DNA of 64,000 nt from an uncultured Candidatus Saccharibacteria bacterium (GTDB lineage: Bacteria; Patescibacteriota; Dojkabacteria; SC72), in contig CAZEQZ010000001.1 of the NCBI GenBank assembly GCA_964514595.1, positions 107,914 to 171,913 of the forward strand, in the 5' to 3' direction. Below are positions 1 to 7,813 of the stretch, in pieces. The position numbers were made by a program, and so were the translations under genes. A model generated the notes under the pieces. That model searched no databases. It had not been told where the DNA came from and saw only the letters and a program-made list of their open reading frames with translations. The first letter of the stretch is position 1. Each line of letters begins with the position of its first letter.

Positions 1-357
1 GTAGTAGGGGAAGTTTTTTATGGCCTGTGCGTTCTGTACTAGTATTTTGTTACTTGGATTCTTTTTGTTATATTCATCTATATGGTCTATGATAAATCTC
101 TTGAAATGATATTCCTTCTCATCATCTAGGCTATGACCTCTAAATATAATGTGGGAGTATTCTAAAACGTCCTTCCTATTAGCCATAATAGAAGTTTTTC
201 CATTTCCAAAAAGAAACTCTAACTGGTCATTGTATACGAAATCATATTCTATATCTCTCTTCTTTAATTCTTCTACTAACCTAGCAGAACCTGTGGGAAT
301 TTCTCCCATTGTATCTACCTGTACTCTCTGTCTTTTGTCTATGATTAAGTATTTCAT
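1..357 (-). CDS. Partial CDS (5' end at 357, runs off window start). Hypothetical, with an 'FLFGNGKTS' motif reminiscent of the Mur-ligase P-loop (GTNGKTT). Possibly a split cyanophycin-synthetase C-terminal-like domain.
   Basis: Reverse-complement translation from ATG (complement of 355-357) is open to the window edge: MKYLIIDKRQRVQVDTMGEIPTGSARLVEELKKRDIEYDFVYNDQLEFLFGNGKTSIMANRK... It lies 1 nt downstream of the ATP-grasp gene at 359..2050 on the same strand. It is not in the ORF track because it is truncated. Confidence 0.4.
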   Translation of the reverse strand, partial: MKYLIIDKRQRVQVDTMGEIPTGSARLVEELKKRDIEYDFVYNDQLEFLFGNGKTSIMANRKDVLEYSHIIFRGHSLDDEKEYHFKRFIIDHIDEYNKKNPSNKILVQNAQAIKNFPYY

Positions 358-358
358 A

Positions 359-2050
359 CTATATGATTTTAATTTTATCTATTAACCCTTTTCTTTGGTA
401 TTTTCTTATTATCTTAAAATTCTCCTTCTGTGTACTTTGCTGTTTACTTACTATCACTAAGTCTATTCTATCAAATCCTAAGCCATTTTCTCTCACATCT
501 TGCCAATCTCTATGATGTATTAGAATCGCATCTAGGGAAGCATTAATTTTAAGAGCTTCGATAGCCTTCTGCTTATCTACACCCGAATTTACCTTAAGAG
601 AGTTAAAAAGTATATCTCCATCTTTAAACTCTCCTATATATTCCTCATCTGTTAGGTATGAACCGAGTATACTTTTCTGTCTTAATAGGGTGGGGATGTC
701 TTTTGTAAATTGTCCGATGGTGACTATTCTTTTTGTTTTATTCTCTTTGAGTAACTTCTCTATATATATGTCTCCAACATACTCTCTACTTTCTCCAATT
801 ACAGGGAATAGATTAAGGTATGCTTCTGGCATAGTATTAATTTCTAGAATGCCTCCATTTTCCTTTGTGAGAGGCTTACTAATATCGTTGCAGAGTATAT
901 CAGCCCCAATTACAAATGCATGGATGGATTTAGCTATGCTTTCTACGATGTATTTAATCTCGGGACCTACCTTATCTGTATAGTCCTCTGTTATACCTCC
1001 TTGGCTCATACTGGCAACCTTTCTGACAGTTACCTTCTCATCTTTCTTAGGAATATACTGAAGGGAGAGGTTTTGCTCCTTGAGGAATTCTAGGAGTGGT
1101 TCATCTATCCTGATTGGTTTTAATGTGTGAGCGGGGTTAGATATATCTCTTCTGGGATCATTGTTTGTTTCTTCTATAAGTTGTTCTATGTTCTTTTTAC
1201 CATCTCCGATTATAAATGCGGGGATTCTTTTTGTGACAATTTCCAATTTGCCATCTATCACAAGAAGTCTGTAGTCTTCTCCCTGTACCTGCTCTTGCAT
1301 CATAATTTTCTTTTGCCATAGGGGTCTTATCTTTTCATCTGTTTTCTCCTTAGCCCATCTGTATGCTTTCTTTGCTTGATCTATAGTTTTAATATTCATA
1401 GATACACCTTTCCCACCTGTGAGTCCTGTTGGTTTGATAACTAGGGGCTTTTGATATAGATCCCAGGTCTTCTCAATATCATCTTCGCTTTCTAATACCT
1501 GCCATTTGGGTATTGGGAGGGCGAGCTTTTCTATTATTTGATTAGATGCCCATTTGTCTCTCTGTATCTCTTTTGCAATTTTAGAATCCTGACTAGAGGA
1601 TATGGAGTACATTATTTGAGAACCTTTGCCACATCCTAATGTATAGTGACGATTTAATGTCTTGGTATATCCAAGCATCCTGTCCATGACTAGGGTGGGG
1701 GTTACCTCATATCCTTTTTTAAAGGCAGAATTAAGGAGAGTTAAGGTGGACATGGAAGCAACTCGGTACTTTATCACCTCATTAACAATATATTCCTTTG
1801 CGTCTTCGTATGTTATTTTGTCTATAGACAGGTCTATTAATGTATATGCGATTTCTTTCCAAAGAGAAGGAAGCTTTGATTCTAATAGTAATTGATCTTG
1901 TTGAAATTTGAAGGATTTAAGAAATAGGGGATGGAAGTTTTGTATTAATTTCAAAAGCTCTTTTACTGACTCTGTCTCATTTATTTTAACAGTAATTATG
2001 GAGGTTTCTGATTGTAGGTTGAGTCCTTGTAGTGTGGTTATATCTTTCAT
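359..2050 (-). CDS. ATP-grasp amidoligase, cyanophycin synthetase (CphA) N-terminal-half-like. It has an ~200-aa N-terminal extension and no Mur-ligase half.
   Basis: 563-aa ORF. Segments such as KPLVIKPTGLTGGKGVSMNI, EDYRLLVIDGKLEIVTKRIPAFIIGDGKKNIEQLIEETNNDPRR and ADILCNDISKPLTKENGGILEINTMPEAYLNLFP align, from memory, with the CphA ATP-grasp domain (PIVLKP..G..G, HRVLVINGKLVAVSERIPAHVTGNG..TIEELIQETN, GIDVVTPDITKPLTEVDGVIVEVNAAPGFRMH). Confidence 0.7.
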   Translation of the reverse strand: MKDITTLQGLNLQSETSIITVKINETESVKELLKLIQNFHPLFLKSFKFQQDQLLLESKLPSLWKEIAYTLIDLSIDKITYEDAKEYIVNEVIKYRVASMSTLTLLNSAFKKGYEVTPTLVMDRMLGYTKTLNRHYTLGCGKGSQIMYSISSSQDSKIAKEIQRDKWASNQIIEKLALPIPKWQVLESEDDIEKTWDLYQKPLVIKPTGLTGGKGVSMNIKTIDQAKKAYRWAKEKTDEKIRPLWQKKIMMQEQVQGEDYRLLVIDGKLEIVTKRIPAFIIGDGKKNIEQLIEETNNDPRRDISNPAHTLKPIRIDEPLLEFLKEQNLSLQYIPKKDEKVTVRKVASMSQGGITEDYTDKVGPEIKYIVESIAKSIHAFVIGADILCNDISKPLTKENGGILEINTMPEAYLNLFPVIGESREYVGDIYIEKLLKENKTKRIVTIGQFTKDIPTLLRQKSILGSYLTDEEYIGEFKDGDILFNSLKVNSGVDKQKAIEALKINASLDAILIHHRDWQDVRENGLGFDRIDLVIVSKQQSTQKENFKIIRKYQRKGLIDKIKII

Positions 2051-2058
2051 TTTACTGT

Positions 2059-3045
2059 TTAAGAATTTATATATTTATCTCTGATATATTCCATAATTGG
2101 AATAGCAACTTTCACAACTTTTCCCCTATCTACCTTGTAGTGAAGTCTGAGTCCAGGATTATAGTTAATTTCATTTATGGCTAGTTTAGATGGTTTGGAG
2201 ATATTTTCTGCTATTATGTCCACTCCGCCAAATTCTGCACCAACAACTCTTACCGCTTTTATGGCTATCTGTTTGTAGTAGTCGTGTACTTCAGACATGC
2301 ACTCCTGTGTGCTACCACCTGTGGTTAAGTTACAGTTGTATCTAAGTATTATCTCTTCGTCTTTATCTGGTACATAGTCTAGATCTAGGCTAGAGCGTTG
2401 TAGTTTGAGTACCACCTCGTTATCAATATTTATTGGCTTCAATCTGTTATTTTTTCTCTGTAAGTTCTTTTGTGTGATTAGCTCCCTTATAGTATTCTTG
2501 CTATTGCCAATAACATGGGCTGCTTTCCTTCTAACTACACCAATAACCTTCTCTCCTACGACTAAGAATCTGTAGTTTTCACCATGCATAAACTCCTCCG
2601 CTAAAACCTTGCTTTTAGATATAGATTTAGAATTCTCTAAAGCTATTTCATATGCCTTTAACACCTGTTCTTCTGTTTGGGGCAAGATAGTGACTCCTAT
2701 ACCGCCTAACTGTTGTGTTGGCTTTAATACAATATCTTTGTACTTTCCAAAGAACTTAATTGCATCTATAGGGGCTTGTATGTCCTCTTGTATTGGTACT
2801 GGTAGATCTTTATCTTTTAGTACTAAGTTAGTTAAGTGTTTTCTTTTACATATAGTAGTACTTGTTGCGGGGGTTAGAGGTGTTACAGTATTAATTATGA
2901 ACCAATGTTTCTTTTTGTATTCAAATTTAGCAAGCAAGCTTCTTATTAAAATTTCGTATTTAATATCCAATTCATCAGCTGCCTCTAGGTAGTAGGCGAG
3001 GTGTACGTTTCCTGCTTCTTTTAGATAGTATTCGTATGATTTCAT
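2059..3045 (-). CDS. ATP-grasp amidoligase, second CphA-N-like paralog (328 aa).
   Basis: VLKPTQQLGGIGVTIL glycine-rich loop, ENYRFLVVGEKVIGVVRRKAAHVIGNSKNTIRELITQKN and VDIIAENISKPSKLAINEINYNPGLRLH match the same CphA ATP-grasp core regions. There is an 8-nt gap to the downstream gene and 4 nt to the upstream gene. Confidence 0.65.
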   Translation of the reverse strand: MKSYEYYLKEAGNVHLAYYLEAADELDIKYEILIRSLLAKFEYKKKHWFIINTVTPLTPATSTTICKRKHLTNLVLKDKDLPVPIQEDIQAPIDAIKFFGKYKDIVLKPTQQLGGIGVTILPQTEEQVLKAYEIALENSKSISKSKVLAEEFMHGENYRFLVVGEKVIGVVRRKAAHVIGNSKNTIRELITQKNLQRKNNRLKPINIDNEVVLKLQRSSLDLDYVPDKDEEIILRYNCNLTTGGSTQECMSEVHDYYKQIAIKAVRVVGAEFGGVDIIAENISKPSKLAINEINYNPGLRLHYKVDRGKVVKVAIPIMEYIRDKYINS

Positions 3046-3049
3046 GTTT

Positions 3050-4498
3050 TTATTTAAATGTTTTACTCGTATCTATTAGATATCCTTTCAGTTCATTTCT
3101 TCCTATAACTACAGGATATATGGAGTCTTCTATTATTATCATCTCTATATCTTTAATTTCACCAGATATCTTGGTTTTGACATCTACTACCGGTCTTATT
3201 TTAACTCCATTTTCCTCTACGACTCTTGCGACTCTTTTGAAAATTTTATTGTTAAACATCTCCTTATTTTCATCAATATATTTTTGAGCTTCTTTGGGAG
3301 ATTCAAATTTTTCAGGAATGGGCAAAGAGTTGAAGAATTTAATTGTTGGCATGAATCCTATTCTATTGGCCATGCTTTTTGATATACGAGATGTTAATAT
3401 CCCTGTATCCATGAATGAATTGGTGATCTCTTTTTTCAAATCTTTTAATTCTTTATCTTCGTTATAGTACAGAATTATCTTCTCATTGATATTAACAACT
3501 TTCCTCCCACTAATTGCCTCTATGCTTTCCTCTACCTCCCCACCAAAAAGATTCTTAGCTACTCTGATCCCATGCTTTATACTTTTTATTTGTAGTCCTT
3601 TGACCTTTTCTAATCTCCACCTAAGGCCTGTTCTGTTTGCAACCTGTATACCTAATCCTGGCCTGGCATTTAATTCAAATACAACAGGCCCCTTATCTCT
3701 ATCTAGTGCAATATCTACACCTATATATCCAAGCTTACTAACTTTTTGACATACCAAGGCTATTCTTAATAACTCATCCCAGAAAGGAATTTGTATACCA
3801 CTAAGTTTTTTGTTCTCTTTTAGATCTGTTGTGGAGTCTATAATCTCATATGTGTCACTAAACAATGACTTAGGTGCCATCTGCATAGAGTATGTTGTTA
3901 TACCTGTACTAATGTCTATACCTGTACATATAGCTCCAGAGTGAAGATTTGCAGTACCGTTGGATCGTTTTGTTGGTAATCTAGTCATTGCCATTATTGG
4001 AACCCCATTAAAACAGATAAGTCTAATATCAGGAACACCTCGGTATGAGTACTGTTTGAGTAGGGGGTCTGTCTTTATTCGTTCCTCTATTATAGCTATG
4101 TCTGTTTTAGAACCCATCGAGAATCTTCCTTCTAATATGTTTTCTATGTGGAGTGTAATGTCTCTTTTATTCATATTCTCTCCACTAGGTCTAATCCATA
4201 CATTCTCGCCTTTCTTTTTGCCATAGAAGACTATTATTCCATTTCCTCCAGTACCTTTGTTAGGTTTGATAACAAAGCTTTTAGGGAGGGAGTCCCAATC
4301 TAGAAATCGCAACTGTTTTTTATTTTTGATTAGCTTATAGACTTCAGGAGATTTTATCCCCTCCTTGGCAAGGACCTTCTTGGTAAGGATTTTGTTGTCT
4401 GCAATACTTTTTGCAGTCGGAGAATTATACGGACGAATATATTCCTGATTTCGTCTATTTAATCCTAGTATTTCTTTGTATTTATTGCTTAGTAACAT
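3050..4498 (-). CDS. RimK-like alpha-L-glutamate-ligase-related ATP-grasp fused to a C-terminal retropepsin-like (clan AA, DTG) peptidase domain.
   Basis: 482-aa ORF. N-terminus ILGLNRRNQEYIRPYNSPTAKSIADNKILTKKVL and VIKPNKGTGGNGIIVF are typical of RimK-related ligases. The C-terminal ~130 aa contains FMDTGILTSRIS, i.e. D-T-G followed by T-S as in putative-ATP-dependent-zinc-protease / retropepsin-like domains. It overlaps the 7TM gene by 17 nt. Confidence 0.65.
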   Translation of the reverse strand: MLLSNKYKEILGLNRRNQEYIRPYNSPTAKSIADNKILTKKVLAKEGIKSPEVYKLIKNKKQLRFLDWDSLPKSFVIKPNKGTGGNGIIVFYGKKKGENVWIRPSGENMNKRDITLHIENILEGRFSMGSKTDIAIIEERIKTDPLLKQYSYRGVPDIRLICFNGVPIMAMTRLPTKRSNGTANLHSGAICTGIDISTGITTYSMQMAPKSLFSDTYEIIDSTTDLKENKKLSGIQIPFWDELLRIALVCQKVSKLGYIGVDIALDRDKGPVVFELNARPGLGIQVANRTGLRWRLEKVKGLQIKSIKHGIRVAKNLFGGEVEESIEAISGRKVVNINEKIILYYNEDKELKDLKKEITNSFMDTGILTSRISKSMANRIGFMPTIKFFNSLPIPEKFESPKEAQKYIDENKEMFNNKIFKRVARVVEENGVKIRPVVDVKTKISGEIKDIEMIIIEDSIYPVVIGRNELKGYLIDTSKTFK

Positions 4499-5243
4499 TT
4501 TCTTTTTCGGATGTTATTGATTTAAATCTGAATAGATCTTTCACTCTAAGACCTTTGAATTGACCTATTAACAAATTAACAAATATTAGTAGAGGTACGA
4601 TCCAAAGATTCTCCAACATATATCTTGATATATAATCTCGACTGATTGCATACCACCCTATAGTTGAGATAATGAGTGTACTAAGAAGTATCATGGCTGA
4701 TGTTTTAAGAGATTTCTGTACATACTGTTTTATGAAAAAATCCGAGAGTGCAGCGATTGATATAACAGCAAGTGGGGGTATTTGTGCCATGTTTTCTAAT
4801 CCCAGACCGTATCGATTGATTAACAGAAAGAATATCACTAGGGATATAGATAGGAGACAGTAGTTAATTGCTATTCTTGTGATGTAGTGCATTCTAATTC
4901 TCTTGATTATTGAGTAGGAGAGTAGGGTAGTTAGTATAACGATTGTAGTTACAGATAGACCATACTTCAAACCTGTATATGTGTATGCAATAGCCAGTAT
5001 TATTGGTGCATATATTCCGTATGTTTTGGAACCAAATATGTACCTAGCTATACTTACAATTGTAGCCAATATGGTTATTGCAACAAGTAGCTCTAGCATC
5101 TGTTTTGATACTCCGTTATCTAATATCCATTGAGTAAAAGAAGAGTATTCCATATATCTAAGTTGATAATTTATTATAATGGCAGATTCCGATGTAATTA
5201 TACTTCTTTTGTATATATCTTGTCGATTAAAAGGAAAGACCAC
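4482..5243 (-). CDS. Polytopic (about 7 TM) membrane protein with no soluble domain; 7TM-receptor-like partner of the ligase cassette. Start uncertain: a GTG at 5243 lies inside a terminator hairpin, and the alternative ATG at 5153 gives MEYSSFTQW...
   Basis: 253-aa ORF with about seven hydrophobic helices (LLVAITILATIVSIA, IYAPIILAIAYTY, LSVTTIVILTTLLSY, INYCLLSISLVIFFLLI, IPPLAVISIAALS, AMILLSTLIISTIGWYAI, LWIVPLLIFVNLLIG). It is translationally coupled to the RimK-like gene. Confidence 0.5.
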   Translation of the reverse strand: MVFPFNRQDIYKRSIITSESAIIINYQLRYMEYSSFTQWILDNGVSKQMLELLVAITILATIVSIARYIFGSKTYGIYAPIILAIAYTYTGLKYGLSVTTIVILTTLLSYSIIKRIRMHYITRIAINYCLLSISLVIFFLLINRYGLGLENMAQIPPLAVISIAALSDFFIKQYVQKSLKTSAMILLSTLIISTIGWYAISRDYISRYMLENLWIVPLLIFVNLLIGQFKGLRVKDLFRFKSITSEKENVTKQ

Positions 5244-5260
5244 CCATTGGGTGGTCTTTT
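5236..5260 (-). terminator. Rho-independent-type hairpin downstream of rplL.
   Basis: An 8-bp GC-rich stem (agaccacc / ggtggtct) with a 4-nt loop, flanked by T-runs on both strands. It sits between the rplL stop (5280) and the 7TM gene. Confidence 0.4.
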
Positions 5261-5279
5261 AATCTCATTGTTAAGAAGA

Positions 5280-5684
5280 TTATGCTAATTCAATAGTAGC
5301 ACCTGCTTCCTCGAATTTGCCTTTGATTTCCTCTGCTTCTTCTTTTGCAACACTCTCCTTTACAGTTTGAGGTGCAGAATCTACGAGGTCTTTAGCTTCT
5401 TTGAGTCCTAGTTCTGTTATCTCTCTTACAACTTTAATAACTCCAATCTTGTTAGATCCAGCATCCTTTAATACGATATTGAAAGATGATTTCTCTTCTT
5501 CTGCTGGAGCTGCTTCTGCAACAGGTGCTGCCATAGCAACAGGTGCTGCTGCGCTTACTCCAAACTTGTCTTCCATGACTTTTACAAGATCAGCAAGTTC
5601 TAAGACAGACATTTTCTCTACAATTTCGAGAACTTTTGTACCATTTGCTGAAAGCTCTGGTAATGTTTTTGTCTCTTCTGCCAT
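5280..5684 (-). CDS. rplL: 50S ribosomal protein L7/L12.
   Basis: MAEETKTL...[22 protein letters not shown], an Ala/Pro hinge, and C-terminal [19 protein letters not shown]...[10 protein letters not shown]. Confidence 0.92.
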   Translation of the reverse strand: MAEETKTLPELSANGTKVLEIVEKMSVLELADLVKVMEDKFGVSAAAPVAMAAPVAEAAPAEEEKSSFNIVLKDAGSNKIGVIKVVREITELGLKEAKDLVDSAPQTVKESVAKEEAEEIKGKFEEAGATIELA

Positions 5685-5722
5685 ATTTGTATATTAATTA
5701 AATTAAGTAGTTATTTGTCTAA

Positions 5723-6244
5723 TTAAGCATTCTTCTCAGATATGCCCTTAAGAACCACGGTTAAACCTTTAACATTGCCTGTGACGGCATTCATAAAGCC
5801 GGATAGTGGGGCGTTCATAGTTCCTACTAATTGGCTTAACAACACCTCTCTGGATGGAATTTCTGCAAGTTGCATAACTTTCTCCTCAGATAGGAATTCT
5901 CCCTCATATACTCCACCTTTTGCACTAAGTAATTCTGTTTCTTTCTGTAATTGCTTGATTAATTTTGCAGGAGCAGTTGGGTCCTCGTCAAAATATATTA
6001 CTGCTGTTGGACCATCTAATTCTTGTGTTTGAATAGGTTGTTCTGTCTCTTGTAGGGCGACTTTAAATATACTGTTCTTGACAACGGTATAATTAGAGCT
6101 AATATCTTTTAGTTGAGACTTAAGTTTGGATACAGTTGGTGTATCTGTTTTGTCAGAGCTAACCAAAAAATATCCTACTTTATTTTTTAGAATATCTTTA
6201 TATTTATCCAATAACTCTGTTTTTTGTGTACGAGTTTTTGCCAT
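5723..6244 (-). CDS. rplJ: 50S ribosomal protein L10.
   Basis: 173 aa, MAKTRTQKTELLDKYKDILKNKVGYFLVS..., immediately upstream of rplL. Confidence 0.85.
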   Translation of the reverse strand: MAKTRTQKTELLDKYKDILKNKVGYFLVSSDKTDTPTVSKLKSQLKDISSNYTVVKNSIFKVALQETEQPIQTQELDGPTAVIYFDEDPTAPAKLIKQLQKETELLSAKGGVYEGEFLSEEKVMQLAEIPSREVLLSQLVGTMNAPLSGFMNAVTGNVKGLTVVLKGISEKNA

Positions 6245-6435
6245 ATTATTATATTTTAAATTTGAATGTATATATTACCTCGCAAGGATTTATGTTTGTA
6301 CCTTGTTTCTTAGGTTAATACTAGAGCGATTATATCAGTGTGGTAGGGGTTGGTCAAGAGAGGGTGGTATGTGATATGTCTAGATATAATGATCTATATA
6401 GAGACATAATCGCCATCCTCTCTTTTCCAAATTTG

Positions 6436-6666
6436 TTATTGTTCTTCTTTCAGGTCTCCGTTTTCAAGCTCTATTGTGAGTGTTATAGTATCGCCTAAAG
6501 GGAATCTGATCCACGAGTAGCTGTGAGTTCTTTCGTTGTTTCTTATTAAAACAACTATTGTGTCCGGATCATCCTCCTTCTGTTTTATAGTGATTATGGA
6601 ATTTCCTTCTCTCGGGATACTTATGTGAAGCTTTTTCAACAATGGTAGTATCTCTTGCTTTTGCAT
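6436..6666 (-). CDS. Hypothetical small protein (76 aa).
   Basis: ORF only, with no recognisable motif. It lies in the insertion between rplA and rplJ. Confidence 0.3.
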   Translation of the reverse strand: MQKQEILPLLKKLHISIPREGNSIITIKQKEDDPDTIVVLIRNNERTHSYSWIRFPLGDTITLTIELENGDLKEEQ

Positions 6667-6861
6667 CAGCCTCTCTCTTTCTTTTTTAAGAACAACAAAT
6701 TTTTGAAAGCAGTATTCTACTCCTTAATATGTGAATTGTAAACAGGGGGGACGAGAAGGGAGGGTGATATACAATGTAAATTGTGATGAAAACAATCATC
6801 CTCCCTTATCTTTGTTTACAAACTTACTAGCTTATTGGTTGACGTCTGGGATAAGATATTT

Positions 6862-7257
6862 CTAGCTAATTTGAAAGTTAAGAAGAGCAACCTCCTTCGG
6901 AGGAAGTTTCTTCAACTCTTCAAATAGTAGTCCCTGTATCTTGTCCTCAGGAAGATCCTCAGGGATCTCGCGTTCCATATGATTAAGGAGATTTTGTTCA
7001 AATTCCTCCTCGTTGTCTGCAACGGGGCATTTACTGCCCTGGCATAGTGTCACAGGACATACACAGCACGGATACTTCCAAGCAATCATCAGTAACTCCT
7101 TTGTTTTAATGCGGAAATTTTTAAGAGCAACAGTAAGTTTGTTGCCTATAGATTTTATCTTATAGTGACGGTTTTGTGAAGTGTTAAAGTAGATTGACAT
7201 TCCGTGAGTGATCTGGTAGTATGTGGCTACTAATCTGTGAGTATTTCTGTATGGCAA
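6862..7257 (-). CDS. Hypothetical Cys-rich protein (131 aa; CC-x-C-x5-C-x4-C cluster). Start uncertain.
   Basis: WKYPCCVCPVTLCQGSKCPV cysteine cluster followed by an acidic tail. ORF only. Confidence 0.3.
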   Translation of the reverse strand: MPYRNTHRLVATYYQITHGMSIYFNTSQNRHYKIKSIGNKLTVALKNFRIKTKELLMIAWKYPCCVCPVTLCQGSKCPVADNEEEFEQNLLNHMEREIPEDLPEDKIQGLLFEELKKLPPKEVALLNFQIS

Positions 7258-7526
7258 AATATGAAAATAGACTACAAGTAAGTGTCTCTAATAAGTTACA
7301 TTCTAGACTTAGGGATAGAGCGGAATATCTAGGTGCTTCTTTACCTGAATATGTAAGGTATGTTTTGATGAAAGAAATGGAGAAAGGAGAATTAGAGAAT
7401 AATTCTGAATATATACAACTTGCAAAAGAGAGTTTAGAGGATTCTAGAAAGGGAAAGTTGAAAGAGTTTCCTAATGTAGATGAGGCATTGAAATATCTTG
7501 ATGCTTACGTGCGAAGCGATGAGTAA
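7251..7526 (+). CDS. Type II antitoxin, ribbon-helix-helix (CopG/ParD-like).
   Basis: MAKYENRLQVSVSNKLHSRLRDRAEYLGASLPEYVRYVLMKEM is an RHH pattern. It overlaps the downstream toxin ORF by 8 nt. The ORF track starts it at 7221, but the in-frame ATG at 7251 fits better. Confidence 0.55.
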   Translation: MAKYENRLQVSVSNKLHSRLRDRAEYLGASLPEYVRYVLMKEMEKGELENNSEYIQLAKESLEDSRKGKLKEFPNVDEALKYLDAYVRSDE

Positions 7527-7812
7527 TTATAAGATAGGATTCAACCAAAAATTCCTTAGAAAAATAAAAACTATTTATAAAAAGGATAAAGTTCTGTATG
7601 CCAAATATCTTAAGGTTATAGAGAGGGTGGGAAAAGATCCTTTTGCCGGTGGGTTGAGGACCCATTCTACAGGAGTGATAGATCACGGGAGAATCTTTAG
7701 CTCTAGGGTAACTGGTGATATTAGGGTTATTTGGTGTATAGAGCAGAAAGAAAAAAGGATAATACTATTAGATATTGGTGGGCACGAGGGAGGCAAGAAA
7801 GTTTACAAATAA
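7519..7812 (+). CDS. Type II toxin, RelE/ParE superfamily.
   Basis: MSNYKIGFNQKFLRKIKTIYKKDKVLYAKYLKVIERVGKDP...GDIRVIWCIEQKEKRIILLDIGGHE matches the characteristic RelE/ParE C-terminal pattern. The 8-nt start/stop overlap with the antitoxin is typical of TA pairs. Confidence 0.55.
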   Translation: MSNYKIGFNQKFLRKIKTIYKKDKVLYAKYLKVIERVGKDPFAGGLRTHSTGVIDHGRIFSSRVTGDIRVIWCIEQKEKRIILLDIGGHEGGKKVYK

Positions 7813-7813
7813 A

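Noticed and set aside
149-385. 78-aa plus-strand ORF.
   Set aside because: It lies antisense to, and entirely within, the open minus-strand frame that continues off the window (the partial CDS 1..357) and the end of the ATP-grasp gene. It is AT-rich and low-complexity.
690-1895. Plus-strand ORFs 690..983, 1127..1321 and 1662..1895.
   Set aside because: They lie antisense inside the 563-aa ATP-grasp gene, whose homology support is strong. Their translations are hydrophobic and low-complexity, as is typical of shadow ORFs.
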